Origin: a virus
Virus record (IMG/VR): IMGVR_UViG_3300035181_001055
Coordinates: 62,754 to 126,753 of that record
Length of the DNA stretch: 64,000 nucleotides
Reading direction: 5' to 3' (one strand)
Within the stretch, counting starts at the first letter, position 1. Each line of letters starts with the position of its first letter. The notes under the pieces are model-generated. The model ran no database searches. It saw only the letters and a program-made list of their open reading frames with translations, and was not told where the DNA came from. Position numbers and translations under genes: made by a program. Positions 1 through 10,311 of the stretch are shown here, piece after piece.

Positions 1-1323
1 GTTGCTGCTTACTTGCTGTATGAGGCCATTTTCAAGAAAAATATGCGAATGGCGGTTTTAGCTAACAAAGGCGACACTGCTATAGAAATTCTCGATCGAA
101 TAAAGAAGATGTTTGAAGAACTGCCGTGGTTCTTAAAGCCAGGAGTTCAAGAATGGAATAAGAAATCGATTGAATTGAGTAATGGTTCGAAAATCATTTC
201 TGCCGCAACAAGCTCAAGCTCCATTCGCGGTCAATCGATGAACATCATATATCTCGATGAGCTTGCGTTCATTCAAAATGACGTCGAGTTCTTTGCTTCA
301 ACATACCCTGTCATTTCTTCAGGTAAGACGACTAAGGTTCTTATCACATCTACGCCTAACGGCATGAACCTTTTCTACAAGTTATGGGCTGACGCTGAAG
401 CTGGTCGAAATAGTTTTGTTCCTAGGAAGTACTCTTGGCGTTACCATCCGCATAGAGATGAAAAATGGAAAGAAGAAACGCTCAGAAACATTTCTCAGAA
501 ACAATTTGATCAAGAATATGAGCTGGAATTTTTTGGCAGCTCGGATACACTTATAAGTGGCAACAAACTTCAGCAATTAACATTCATCGATCCTATTAAA
601 ACTGATACTATATTCAATGTTTATGAAGAGCCTGTTGAAGGGAAGAGTTATGTAGTGACAATTGATGTTTCTGAAGGGATTGGGAAAGACTATAGCGTAA
701 TCAATGTTTTCGACATTTCAATTCAGCCTTACAAGCAAGTCGCCGTTTACCGAAACAATATCATACCACCTTTGATGCTCGTTGATGTGGCGTATAAAAT
801 TTTGACTATGTATAATGAAGCTTATTGCATAGTTGAGTCGAATAGTATCGGCAAAATTGTTGCTGACGGTCTTTACTTCGACCTAGAGTATGAGAATATG
901 CTCACGTCAAAAGCAAAAGACGGAGAGAATGTGGTAAGCATCAGCGGAGAAGTTGTTGGGTTGAGGCAAACTAAAAAAACGAAGTTGATTGGTTGTAGTG
1001 CATTGAAAACTATGATTGAAAGCGGCACATTAGTAGTTACTGACTTCATGACTGTGCAAGAACTTAGCACATTTGTTAAGCGTCATCATACATATCAAGC
1101 TGAGGACGGCAAAACAGATGACATAGTCATGACTTTGGTTTCGTTTTGCTGGTTCACCACTCAACCGTATTTCGAAGAACTGACTGATGTTAACGTTCGA
1201 GCTCTTATAAAGAGCAATTATATGAAAATGGAAGAAAACAATCATCTTATTTTCGGATTCTATGATGATGGGATTGATTACAATGATGGCGTGATCGAAG
1301 ATCCTACGCTTTGGAAGAGTTGA
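1..1323 (+). CDS. gp17: Terminase large subunit, 5'-truncated by the window edge
   Basis: Frame is open from base 1. Walker B IIYLDELAF, ITSTPNG motif and nuclease motifs TIDVSEG and DDIVM match T4 gp17. Lies upstream of the sheath gene. Confidence 0.95.
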   Translation, partial: VAAYLLYEAIFKKNMRMAVLANKGDTAIEILDRIKKMFEELPWFLKPGVQEWNKKSIELSNGSKIISAATSSSSIRGQSMNIIYLDELAFIQNDVEFFASTYPVISSGKTTKVLITSTPNGMNLFYKLWADAEAGRNSFVPRKYSWRYHPHRDEKWKEETLRNISQKQFDQEYELEFFGSSDTLISGNKLQQLTFIDPIKTDTIFNVYEEPVEGKSYVVTIDVSEGIGKDYSVINVFDISIQPYKQVAVYRNNIIPPLMLVDVAYKILTMYNEAYCIVESNSIGKIVADGLYFDLEYENMLTSKAKDGENVVSISGEVVGLRQTKKTKLIGCSALKTMIESGTLVVTDFMTVQELSTFVKRHHTYQAEDGKTDDIVMTLVSFCWFTTQPYFEELTDVNVRALIKSNYMKMEENNHLIFGFYDDGIDYNDGVIEDPTLWKS

Positions 1324-1339
1324 TTTGAATGCTTTTTTG

Positions 1340-1347
1340 TATAAATA
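1340..1347 (+). promoter_or_regulatory. T4-type late promoter TATAAATA
   Basis: Exact consensus, 46 nt upstream of gp18; gp55 and gp33 are present in the window. Confidence 0.85.
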
Positions 1348-1393
1348 AATTTGACACTTTCTGGTGAAAGAGAAACAACCCTAGGAGATTTAT

Positions 1394-3364
1394 ATGTCAT
1401 CTATAACTCAACTTAGTCCAGGGGTAGCCTCAAGAGAAATTGACCTGACTAACTTCGTGCCTAATGCCGGCATGAGCGGCGGTGCATTTGTGGGTCAATT
1501 CGTATGGGGTCCAGTGCTTAAGTATACGGTTATCAACAATGTCAATGAGCTTGCTAGTGTTTTCGGTAAGCCTACTGAAGATAACTATATTGATTGGTAT
1601 ACGGCGAGCAACTTCCTGGCTTATACAAGCAATCTAAATGTTATTCGCGTGGTTGATGAAGCCTCTGCGAAAAATGCAACCGCCGATGGCCTTGGCCTCT
1701 TGATTAAGAATGACGATCATTTCCATATCATTTTCGGCACAAATACGTCTGCTCAGTTTGCAGCTCGCTGTCCTGGATTGATTGGGAATAGTTTGAAAGT
1801 GAGCATTGCTGATTCTGCTACTTTTAACGCGTGGGATTACAAAGACCAATTTGATTTCGCTCCTGGAACGAGTGAATTCGCAACCGCCGTCGGGGCATCG
1901 AATGATGAAGTTCACGTCGTTGTTGTTGATGAAGATGGGTTGTTTACAGGCGTTCCTGGGGCAATTCTCGAGAAATATGCTTTTTTGAGCAAAGCAAGCG
2001 ACGCTAAGCAGTTGGATGGCGCCCCCGCTTTCTACGGAAATGTTCTTAATAATCAGAGCAATTACGTGTATTATCTAGGAGCTCCTTCCGATTCTGATTT
2101 GGTTGCAAATAATTATGTTTCTGCTGTCAACGTAACAAATGGCGGTTCTGGCTATACTACAGCCACTGTTACTTTCAGCGCAGCTCCTGCTGGAGGCACA
2201 ACTGCAACAGGCACTGCTGTTATAACTGGCGGAGCTATTACAGGAATCACAATCACCAATCCTGGCGCTGGGTATGTTTCAGCTCCATCAGTGACTATTT
2301 CTGGTGATGGGACTGGCGCGACAGCAACTGCAGTTGTCTCCGATATTGCTTTTGATAATTGGGCTCAGACAGCGTTATCTGATAGCGGACAGCCTCGAAA
2401 ATTTGCTAGTTTGAACGGCCAGTTCAGTAAGAGTTTGGCTGGTGGATCGAATGGTGTTGCTCCGACAAGTGGTCAAATTACCACAGGTTGGGATATGTTC
2501 CGCAATTCTGAAGAAGTGGACGTTTCTCTTCTTTTCTTGGGAGCTGCTGGCGGCCCTTCTTCTAGCACGGCTGTTATTCAGCATGTCATCGACAACATTG
2601 CCGAAGTTAGAAAAGATTGCGTTGTATTCTTCAGCCCCGATTTGCAGGATGTATTGAATCACACTCAAACTGATTCAACTACTAATGTTGTTGCCAAGAG
2701 AAATGCTATTGCTAGAAGTACTAGCTATGCTGTTATGGATAGCGGGTGGAAGCTCCAGTATGATGTTTTTGCCGATAAGTATCGTTGGATTCCTTTGAAT
2801 GGGGATATCGCAGGTCTTTGCGCTGGAACTGACAAGAGCTATGACCCCTGGTGGAGTCCTGCTGGTTTCAACCGCGGCAAAATCAAGAATGTTGTTAGCC
2901 TCGCTTTCAATCCGAATAAGGCGTCGCGCGATGAGCTGTATAAGAGCAATGTTAACCCTGTCGTGACATTCACTGGTGACGGCACTGTTCTCTACGGCGA
3001 CAAAACTCTTCAATCTAAAGCTAGTGCTTTTAGCTATATCAATATCCGTCGTCTGTTCATTGTTCTTGAGAAGTCAATTTCTACAGCTGCCAAGTACCAG
3101 CTGTTTGAGTTCAATGACCAGTACACTCGAGCACAATTTAAGAACATGGTTGAGCCTTTCTTGCGTGAAGTTAAAGGACGCCGCGGGATTTATGATTTCA
3201 AGGTTGTATGCGATGAAACGAATAATACTAGCGATGTTATTGATAGAGGCGAATTCGTTGCTAGCATTTTCGTTAAACCAGCGCGTAGTATCAATTTCAT
3301 CACTCTCAACTTTGTTGCTGTTCGCACTGGCGTTGATTTCAATGAAGTTGTCGGTTCAGTTTAA
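1394..3364 (+). CDS. gp18: Tail sheath protein
   Basis: N-terminal LSPGVASREIDLT, PWWSPAG, INIRRLF and KPARSINFITLNF motifs. Confidence 0.97.
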   Translation: MSSITQLSPGVASREIDLTNFVPNAGMSGGAFVGQFVWGPVLKYTVINNVNELASVFGKPTEDNYIDWYTASNFLAYTSNLNVIRVVDEASAKNATADGLGLLIKNDDHFHIIFGTNTSAQFAARCPGLIGNSLKVSIADSATFNAWDYKDQFDFAPGTSEFATAVGASNDEVHVVVVDEDGLFTGVPGAILEKYAFLSKASDAKQLDGAPAFYGNVLNNQSNYVYYLGAPSDSDLVANNYVSAVNVTNGGSGYTTATVTFSAAPAGGTTATGTAVITGGAITGITITNPGAGYVSAPSVTISGDGTGATATAVVSDIAFDNWAQTALSDSGQPRKFASLNGQFSKSLAGGSNGVAPTSGQITTGWDMFRNSEEVDVSLLFLGAAGGPSSSTAVIQHVIDNIAEVRKDCVVFFSPDLQDVLNHTQTDSTTNVVAKRNAIARSTSYAVMDSGWKLQYDVFADKYRWIPLNGDIAGLCAGTDKSYDPWWSPAGFNRGKIKNVVSLAFNPNKASRDELYKSNVNPVVTFTGDGTVLYGDKTLQSKASAFSYINIRRLFIVLEKSISTAAKYQLFEFNDQYTRAQFKNMVEPFLREVKGRRGIYDFKVVCDETNNTSDVIDRGEFVASIFVKPARSINFITLNFVAVRTGVDFNEVVGSV

Positions 3365-3377
3365 TTAGGAGTCGAAT

Positions 3378-3920
3378 ATGCCAGATCCAAGTATAAATTC
3401 GTTCATTGCGAACTTTCAGGGCGGTGGCGCTCGTCCAAATCGCTATGAAGTCATTCTAACATTCCCTGCATTGGTGGCGAATCCGTTTGCTACAACGAAG
3501 GCTAGTTACACATGCAAAGCCTCTTCAATTCCATCTAGCAACATGGGCGCGGTTGATGTTCCATATATGGGCCGAGCAGTGAAAGTTGCAGGCGATAAAA
3601 CTTTTGACGACTGGAACGTTACTATCATCAACGACTCTGATTTCAGCGTCAGAGATACATTTGAACGATGGGTTGATAGAATCCTAGGTCATGACCGCAA
3701 TGTCGCTGAAAGCGGATGGGAAAATCCATCAAATTACTATGCTAACGCAGTAGTTCGTCAACTTGGTCGTGAAAATCAAGTCTTGAAGGAGTATACTGTT
3801 GAGGGGATATTCCCGACGCAAGTTGGGGATATTCAACTAGGTTACGACCAGAATGACCAAGTTGAAGAATTCCAGGTGACTTTTGCAGTTAATTACTGGT
3901 CTGCTGCAACCACCACTTGA
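3378..3920 (+). CDS. gp19: Tail tube protein
   Basis: GGGARPNRYEV, VAGDKTFDDWNVT and VEEFQVTF motifs; synteny. Confidence 0.95.
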   Translation: MPDPSINSFIANFQGGGARPNRYEVILTFPALVANPFATTKASYTCKASSIPSSNMGAVDVPYMGRAVKVAGDKTFDDWNVTIINDSDFSVRDTFERWVDRILGHDRNVAESGWENPSNYYANAVVRQLGRENQVLKEYTVEGIFPTQVGDIQLGYDQNDQVEEFQVTFAVNYWSAATTT

Positions 3921-3925
3921 TTAAA

Positions 3926-3957
3926 TAAAAGAGAGGAGATGCATCTCCTCTCTTTTA
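3926..3957. terminator. Perfect 32-bp palindrome, probable bidirectional intrinsic terminator
   Basis: TAAAAGAGAGGAGATG|CATCTCCTCTCTTTTA between gp19 and gp20. Confidence 0.75.
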
Positions 3958-3993
3958 AGTTCTAAGCGCGAAATTTATTCTGAGGAATAGTTG

Positions 3994-5574
3994 ATGAATA
4001 TTTTTGGTTACACAATCACAAAAAACAAAAAGATTGGTAAGCTTGAAGCATTCCAAATAGAATCTGATCCGTCTTCGGAGGTTCTTGGCGCCAATGCAGC
4101 AGGCGTAATGTTATATAACTATGATCTCGTCACTGTTCCTGAGAATGAGGCTGAATTAATTAGAACATATCGTCGCATTGCGATGAGTCCTGATGTTGAT
4201 TTGGCTCTGACAGAAATTAGAAATGAAATCTTTATTTTTGACGTGACTGGACGTCGCGCTATTGATTTGGGGTTCACTAATGATTCTAAATTGAGCGAAT
4301 CTGTTAAAAGTAAAATTGTAGAAGAGTTTGTTAATTTATATAGTATTATTGATTTCAATAATAGTGGCCTTTCTTTGTTCATGGATTGGTATATTGATGG
4401 TAAGATGTTCTTGCATAAAGTTATTGATACTTCTAAGCCGAAAGAAGGGATTAAGAAAATCATCCCTATTGATCCTTTGAAGATCAAGAAAATAAGAGAA
4501 GTGCCAATTCCTGACGCCAATGGCATTTATAACGCGGCTGATGTTGTTGAATACTACATATACGTTGACACACCTGACGGAATAGGAAAAGCGTCATATG
4601 CAGAAATTAATCGTGGATTGAAGATAAATCCCGACGCAATTTCTTATTCTGATAGTGGGATCTACGATAAGAATTCAAATACCGTTCTGGGTCATCTCTA
4701 CAAAGCTATTGTCCCGTTCAATAATTTGCGTTTGATGGAAGATAGTTTGATTGTTTATCGCGTGAGCAGAGCGCCCGAAAGAAGAGTAATTTATGTTGAC
4801 GTTGGTAGTCTTCCTAAGAATAAAGCTGAGCAGTACATGCGTGATTTGATGAATCGCTTTAAGAATAAGCTCGTTTATGATAGCAGAACAGGCAGCATAG
4901 TTGACAGAAAAAATATTCTAAGCATGATCGAGGACTACTGGCTTCCTCGTCGTGACGGCGGAAGAGGCACCGAAATTACAACTCTTCCTGGCGGAGAAAA
5001 TCTTGGTATAGTTGATGACGTTACATATTTTAGAAATAAGCTGTATCAGAGTTTGAATGTGCCTGTAAGTCGATTCCAAGATGACCCTCCTGTATTTTCT
5101 TTTGGTAAGGGCACTGAAATAAATCGAGACGAATATCGATTCAAGAAATTTATTGATCGTTTGCGTCAAAGATTTATGTTCTTGTTTGAGGATTTGCTTA
5201 AGACGCAGTTGCTTCTAAAGAATGTTATCACTGAGAAGGACTGGGATGCAATTCGTCGTAGTTTGCAATGGGAATATGCTGAAGATAATAACTTTGTTGA
5301 ATACAAAGAGAGCGAGATACTAAATAATAGAATAAACACTTTAACTCAGATTGATCCTTTCGTAGGCAAGTACTTCACGAAAGATTGGGTTCTGAGGAAT
5401 GTGCTTAAATTCAGCGATGAAGAAGCTAAACAGGTTAATAAAGAGTTTCCGTCCGATCAGGAGTCGCCTGATTCTGATAGACCCGAAAATTTTAGAAAGT
5501 CTGATGATTCTGAAGACTTAGGAGATTCTGAAAACGATAACTTTCCTGAGAAACAGAATAAAGAATGGCAATAA
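3994..5574 (+). CDS. gp20: Portal vertex protein
   Basis: YRVSRAPERRVIYVDVG and EDYWLPRRDGGRGTEITTLPGG motifs. Confidence 0.97.
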   Translation: MNIFGYTITKNKKIGKLEAFQIESDPSSEVLGANAAGVMLYNYDLVTVPENEAELIRTYRRIAMSPDVDLALTEIRNEIFIFDVTGRRAIDLGFTNDSKLSESVKSKIVEEFVNLYSIIDFNNSGLSLFMDWYIDGKMFLHKVIDTSKPKEGIKKIIPIDPLKIKKIREVPIPDANGIYNAADVVEYYIYVDTPDGIGKASYAEINRGLKINPDAISYSDSGIYDKNSNTVLGHLYKAIVPFNNLRLMEDSLIVYRVSRAPERRVIYVDVGSLPKNKAEQYMRDLMNRFKNKLVYDSRTGSIVDRKNILSMIEDYWLPRRDGGRGTEITTLPGGENLGIVDDVTYFRNKLYQSLNVPVSRFQDDPPVFSFGKGTEINRDEYRFKKFIDRLRQRFMFLFEDLLKTQLLLKNVITEKDWDAIRRSLQWEYAEDNNFVEYKESEILNNRINTLTQIDPFVGKYFTKDWVLRNVLKFSDEEAKQVNKEFPSDQESPDSDRPENFRKSDDSEDLGDSENDNFPEKQNKEWQ

Positions 5575-5586
5575 GGAGAAAATGAC

Positions 5587-6237
5587 GTGGAAAAGAAAGA
5601 TTTTGTAAAACAAGTTTCTAATAGTCTTATGCAAAATAATCCACTAGGATTTCATAAGATTGTTTCGAAGCGTTTGAAAGAACTGTTCAAGCAAAGAATG
5701 ACACGTCTTGCTGAGGATTTCTCTAGCCAAGAAGTTGAAGCTGTGACAAAAATCGAAAATGCTGCCAAGAGTTTTGGCGGAGATTCTGTTTATGATAACG
5801 GAGTTTTGATTGTCACATTGAGAGGCAAGCAAAGCGCCATGGGGTTTAGTGATTGGCTCGATGAATGCGAGTATGTAGATAGTTACGAAGCAGAAATTAT
5901 AAGCAAATCTCCTTTGGATAAGTATTCTGAACAAGGTGAGGTTGACCTCGACTTCACTACCGATGAACAGACATTTGAATTCACGGTTTATCTTGAACCT
6001 GAATTGGTTCAATTTGAATTTGGCTATGATGAGCAAGAAATTGGGGAAAGTGCAAATGAAGAAAGCGAAAAAATGAAATGTGAGAAAGGATTTGTTTGGA
6101 ATTCAAAATCCAAATCGTGTGAAAAGATTACTGAAGGTAGGCTGTCTATTATTCGAAAGGCAGTTCGAGAGTCTTTGATGAAGAAGAGGAAAGACAAGGG
6201 CTATGTTTTCAGAGCTCGTGTTGTTAAAAAGAAGTAA
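5587..6237 (+). CDS. Probable prohead core protein (gp67/gp68 position)
   Basis: Acidic ORF between portal and prohead protease; assignment by synteny only. Confidence 0.5.
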   Translation: MEKKDFVKQVSNSLMQNNPLGFHKIVSKRLKELFKQRMTRLAEDFSSQEVEAVTKIENAAKSFGGDSVYDNGVLIVTLRGKQSAMGFSDWLDECEYVDSYEAEIISKSPLDKYSEQGEVDLDFTTDEQTFEFTVYLEPELVQFEFGYDEQEIGESANEESEKMKCEKGFVWNSKSKSCEKITEGRLSIIRKAVRESLMKKRKDKGYVFRARVVKKK

Positions 6238-6262
6238 GCCTAGATATTTTTAAGGTTTAGAA

Positions 6263-6916
6263 ATGAAACTACTAGTCGAACTAAATGACAATATCGACGT
6301 TCAAGTTATAACTGAAGGCGTCGGAGAAAATAAGCAGTATTACATTGAAGGCGTTTTTCTTCAAGGTAATATTAAGAATAAGAACGGCAGAATTTACCCT
6401 CGTGATGTTCTGCAGAATGAGACGAGAAGATATATTGATGAGTATGTGAAAACAAATAGAGCTCTGGGCGAATTAGGCCATCCGACGAATCCGAGCATCA
6501 ATTTAGACCGTGTCTCGCACAAAATAATTAGCTTGAAAGAAGATGGTGATAATATTGTTGGTCGAGCAAAAATTATGGACACTCCTTTCGGCAAGATAGT
6601 GAAGAGTTTGATGGATGAAGGCGTCACTCTAGGCGTTAGCAGTCGAGGGCTTGGCAGTCTTCAGGAGAAAAATGGCGCTAAAGTTGTTTGTGATGATTTT
6701 CATCTCGTCACGGCAGCTGATATAGTTGCTGATCCATCTGCGCCAGATGCGCTTGTAACTAATATCATGGAAAATAAAGAATGGGCATGGGAAAATGGTA
6801 AATTGGTTGAGCGTGAAGTTGAAATTAAAAAAGTTATAAATACTAGTGCTAGAAAGAAAAAACTGAATGAAGAAAATCTTATAAAGATTTTCGAATACAT
6901 TCTGTCACAGGTTTAA
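6263..6916 (+). CDS. gp21: Prohead protease
   Basis: NKNGRIYP, ALGELGHP and LGVSSRGLGS motifs. Confidence 0.96.
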   Translation: MKLLVELNDNIDVQVITEGVGENKQYYIEGVFLQGNIKNKNGRIYPRDVLQNETRRYIDEYVKTNRALGELGHPTNPSINLDRVSHKIISLKEDGDNIVGRAKIMDTPFGKIVKSLMDEGVTLGVSSRGLGSLQEKNGAKVVCDDFHLVTAADIVADPSAPDALVTNIMENKEWAWENGKLVEREVEIKKVINTSARKKKLNEENLIKIFEYILSQV

Positions 6917-6925
6917 GGGGATGAT

Positions 6926-7654
6926 ATGAACATCACGAAAGAATTGAAAAGACATCTTGCAGGAGTCAATCTCTCTGAAGATACTTTGATTAAGCTCAAA
7001 CTTATGATTGAGCGAGAAATCAAAGCTAGAACTAAATCATTGCGTGAAGAGATTGCGTCTACTAAGAGAGATCACAATCTTCAAATTAAGAGGATTAAGG
7101 CTAAAGCTGATGAGTATGGTCAATATATTGTGAATGAAATGGCTGATAAAGTTGATGCCTATTCTGTATATGTGGTTGAGCAGTTCATTAAAGATAATAA
7201 AGAATCATTGGTTGAGCATAAAGAATATGTTCGAATGAAAAAGGTTTTTGACCGCGTTAAGCGTTCGTTTGAAGACGGCTTGTTTAAGCTCGATGAATCG
7301 TCTGCTCTAACAAAAATTCAAAATAAACTCGATGAGAGCACGAAAGCGTATAATAAGTTGTTTGAGGAATCCGTTGCTCTTAAGAAGAAGCTCGAAGAGC
7401 AGCAGTATGCTATTGTTTTTGAGAACCTGACAAAAGATCTCGCTGACACGCAACGCGAAAAGGTGTCGAAGCTCATTGAGAATGTTAGCTTCGCATCAGT
7501 GAATGAGTTTAAGCGTGGGGTTGAATTGATGATTGAAGAAATCGTCGCTAGCTCCAAGTCTGAAAAATTGAATGAGGTAGGGTCTAAAGATCCTAAGAAG
7601 GGCAAGCCTGTGCCTCAAAATGATAAGATGACTCAATATCTGAGTCACCTTTGA
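6926..7654 (+). CDS. gp22: Prohead scaffold/core protein
   Basis: Coiled-coil character, ends MTQYLSHL, lies between gp21 and gp23. Confidence 0.85.
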   Translation: MNITKELKRHLAGVNLSEDTLIKLKLMIEREIKARTKSLREEIASTKRDHNLQIKRIKAKADEYGQYIVNEMADKVDAYSVYVVEQFIKDNKESLVEHKEYVRMKKVFDRVKRSFEDGLFKLDESSALTKIQNKLDESTKAYNKLFEESVALKKKLEEQQYAIVFENLTKDLADTQREKVSKLIENVSFASVNEFKRGVELMIEEIVASSKSEKLNEVGSKDPKKGKPVPQNDKMTQYLSHL

Positions 7655-7662
7655 TATAAATA
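7655..7662 (+). promoter_or_regulatory. T4-type late promoter TATAAATA
   Basis: Exact consensus upstream of gp23. Confidence 0.85.
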
Positions 7663-7699
7663 AATTTTGTTAAACCCTACCGAATTAAAGGAGAAGTAT

Positions 7700-8878
7700 A
7701 TGAGTCAAGTCCTGCTTGAAAAATGGGAAGCTCTGCTAGAGAGCGATAAGGTCGAAAAGATCAACGATCCTTACAGAAAGAAAGTTACAGCACAGCTGCT
7801 CGAGAACCAAGAAAAGTTCCTGGCTGAAGTTGCCCAGACTACTACTGGCAATGTCCAGAACTGGGATCCTGTTCTAATCAGTCTCGTCCGCCGTATGGCG
7901 CCTAAGCTGATTGCGTATGATATCTGCGGCGTTCAGCCTATGACTGGCCCGACTGGATTGGTGTTCGCTCTGCGCTCGCATTATACCAACGCTGCTGGGG
8001 CAGAAGCTCTATTCAATGAATCTGATACTGGATTCTCGGGTGCTGGCACGCATACAGGAGAAGATCCTTTTGCTGCTACATATTCTACTGGTTCTGGTGA
8101 AGCCACGGCTGACGGCGAGACCAATGTATGGAATTCGATGGCAATGACCATCGAAAAAGCAAGTGTGACAGCAAAGACTCGTCAACTACGCGCTGATTAC
8201 AGCCTTGAATTGGCTCAAGACCTTCGCGCTATCCATGGCCTGGATGCCGAAAACGAGCTTTCGAATATCCTTTCGAATGAAATTATCAGTGAAATCAATC
8301 GTGAAGTTGTTCGCACGATTTATACCATTGCTAAGCCTGGAGCTCAATTCGCGTCTACTCCTGGCACATTTGATCTTCAAACTGATTCAGATGGTCGTTG
8401 GTCGGTTGAACGCTATAAGGGTCTCATGTTCGCAATTGAGCGCGATGCAAACGCCGTTTCTATCGAGACTCGACGCGGTAAAGGTAATATCCTAATCGTT
8501 TCTGCTGATGTTGCATCCGCTTTCGTCATGGCTGGCGTTCTTGATTATAACCCTGTTCTTCAGGCCAATTCCAATCTCGAGGTTGATGCTACTGGAACGA
8601 CCTATGCTGGTCAATTGGGTCGCTTCAAAGTGTTTATCGACCCATATCTCGGAACCAATGCATACGTTGTTGGTTTCAAAGGCGCTAATGCCTATGACGC
8701 GGGCATGTTCTATTGCCCGTATGTTCCGCTGCAAATGGTTCGCGCTACCAACGTTGATGCCTTCCAGCCAGCTATCGGGTTCAAGACTCGTTACGGTATG
8801 ATTGCTAACCCGTTCACTTCTCTCAGCGCAGGTAGCAACGTTTACTATCGTAAGGTCAAGGTGTTGAACTTGCACTAA
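7700..8878 (+). CDS. gp23: Major capsid protein
   Basis: GVQPMTGPTGLVFALR, YSLELAQDLRAIHG, FYCPYVPL and GFKTRYG motifs; AAGGAG RBS supports the ATG at 7700. Confidence 0.98.
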   Translation: MSQVLLEKWEALLESDKVEKINDPYRKKVTAQLLENQEKFLAEVAQTTTGNVQNWDPVLISLVRRMAPKLIAYDICGVQPMTGPTGLVFALRSHYTNAAGAEALFNESDTGFSGAGTHTGEDPFAATYSTGSGEATADGETNVWNSMAMTIEKASVTAKTRQLRADYSLELAQDLRAIHGLDAENELSNILSNEIISEINREVVRTIYTIAKPGAQFASTPGTFDLQTDSDGRWSVERYKGLMFAIERDANAVSIETRRGKGNILIVSADVASAFVMAGVLDYNPVLQANSNLEVDATGTTYAGQLGRFKVFIDPYLGTNAYVVGFKGANAYDAGMFYCPYVPLQMVRATNVDAFQPAIGFKTRYGMIANPFTSLSAGSNVYYRKVKVLNLH

Positions 8879-8903
8879 ACCATAGCAATCAGATGATTGC
8901 TTC

Positions 8904-8932
8904 AACCCCAGGCTTTGCCCTGGGGTTTTTAT
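8904..8932 (+). terminator. Intrinsic terminator
   Basis: AACCCCAGG/CCTGGGGTT stem followed by a T-run after gp23. Confidence 0.85.
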
Positions 8933-8936
8933 TGAG

Positions 8937-8944
8937 CATAAATA
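8937..8944 (+). promoter_or_regulatory. Late-promoter variant CATAAATA
   Basis: One mismatch to TATAAATA, upstream of the lysozyme gene. Confidence 0.55.
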
Positions 8945-8963
8945 AATTTGAAAGAGGTGTGAT

Positions 8964-9416
8964 ATGGAAGTTTCAGAAAGAGGGATAGATCTCGTTAAAG
9001 GATTTGAGAGTTTCAGTCCGAAATCATATAGAGATGTTGCAGGGGTTTGGACGATTGGGTACGGCACTACACGAATTGACGGTGACCCCGTTCAGCCTAA
9101 TATGACGTGTACTCAAGAGGAAGCTGATGAGTGGCTACGCAATGATATTAATGAGCATTTTCGCGAAGCTTCTGAATTTATTAGTCCTGATGTGACTCTG
9201 AATCAAAATCAAGTCGATGCTCTTGCTAGCTTTGTTTATAACGTCGGTGTTGGAAATTTTAAGGAAAGCACGCTCTTAAAGCTTATAAATTCTGGCGATA
9301 TGGAAGGTGCAGCCGATCAATTTATAAGATGGAATCGAGCTGGCGGCAGAGTGTATCCTGGATTGACGAGACGTCGTGAAGCTGAAGCTGAACTTTTCTC
9401 TGAGCCTGAGGAGTAA
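8964..9416 (+). CDS. Phage lysozyme (GH24-type endolysin)
   Basis: E-x8-D-x5-T catalytic pattern (FESF...RDVAGVWTIGYG), DALASFVYNVG and GLTRRREAE motifs. Confidence 0.93.
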   Translation: MEVSERGIDLVKGFESFSPKSYRDVAGVWTIGYGTTRIDGDPVQPNMTCTQEEADEWLRNDINEHFREASEFISPDVTLNQNQVDALASFVYNVGVGNFKESTLLKLINSGDMEGAADQFIRWNRAGGRVYPGLTRRREAEAELFSEPEE

Positions 9417-9893
9417 TTGATGGGCGCTATGAATTACAATATAGCGACAAATACAAATTTCAGAGCTGAAATTTCTGGCGCGCCTCAGTTTAACTATTTT
9501 GTCCAAAGCGTCAATCTCCCCTCAGTTAATATGGGTGGTGTAGAAACCCCATATATGAATTACGCAGGAGTTATGACGAGCAATAGAATTGATTATGATC
9601 CTCTAACATTCACCTATATTCTTTCTGAAGATTTTGAGAATTACTTGTTTCTATATAATTGGATGCTAGAAATTCGTTCTTATGATGATCTGAAAAAGCA
9701 ATTCAAAGACATCACGCTGCACATTCTGAACAATAATAAGTTGGCGAATTTGACGGTTGTATTTTATAATTGTTTTCCTACTTCTCTCGCCGATATCAAT
9801 TTGGAGTCGGCGGTCACAGACACGGATCCTCTGTCAACAACGGCAACATTTCGTTATCAGTACTTTGACATAAAACGTAGATATGAAAATTGA
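9417..9893 (+). CDS. gp3: Tail completion/tube terminator protein
   Basis: YFVQSVNLPSV, IDYDPLTFTYILSEDFENY and ATFRYQYF motifs. Confidence 0.8.
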   Translation: MMGAMNYNIATNTNFRAEISGAPQFNYFVQSVNLPSVNMGGVETPYMNYAGVMTSNRIDYDPLTFTYILSEDFENYLFLYNWMLEIRSYDDLKKQFKDITLHILNNNKLANLTVVFYNCFPTSLADINLESAVTDTDPLSTTATFRYQYFDIKRRYEN

Positions 9894-10311
9894 AGAAATT
9901 CGTGATTTGATTGAAAAAGACAGTGTTATTGATCAATCTGCTTTAGATGCCGAGAGTATTAGAATCCCTTATCTTCATAGTAAATGGTACGGGATTTTTA
10001 TTGATGAGTTGAAAATCCTGAAAGGGATTGAACAAGAATGGAATCGCCTCGTAAAAGAAAAGACTGAATACTATCTAGGAAAAGCTGATGATTCAGTTTA
10101 TGAGCAGAAGCCTTTATATCACAAAGTTCTTAAGCAGGATCTAGATGTATATTTAAAAGCAGATGACGATTTAATGAAACTAGAAGGCAAGCGGAGCATC
10201 CAACAGATAAAAGTTGATATGATCGAAGAATTCATCAAATCGATTAATCAGCGTAGCTTCAATATTCGCAACGCCATTGAGTTCATGAAATTCAAAAATG
10301 GCATCACATGA
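9883..10311 (+). CDS. uvsY: Recombination mediator UvsY
   Basis: ESIRIPYLHSKW and INQRSFNIRNAIEFMKF motifs. Confidence 0.92.
   Translation: MKIEEIRDLIEKDSVIDQSALDAESIRIPYLHSKWYGIFIDELKILKGIEQEWNRLVKEKTEYYLGKADDSVYEQKPLYHKVLKQDLDVYLKADDDLMKLEGKRSIQQIKVDMIEEFIKSINQRSFNIRNAIEFMKFKNGIT

Noticed and set aside
8492-9067. 191-aa minus-strand ORF across the end of gp23 and the lysozyme start
   Set aside because: Antisense to strongly conserved genes, with no motif or RBS
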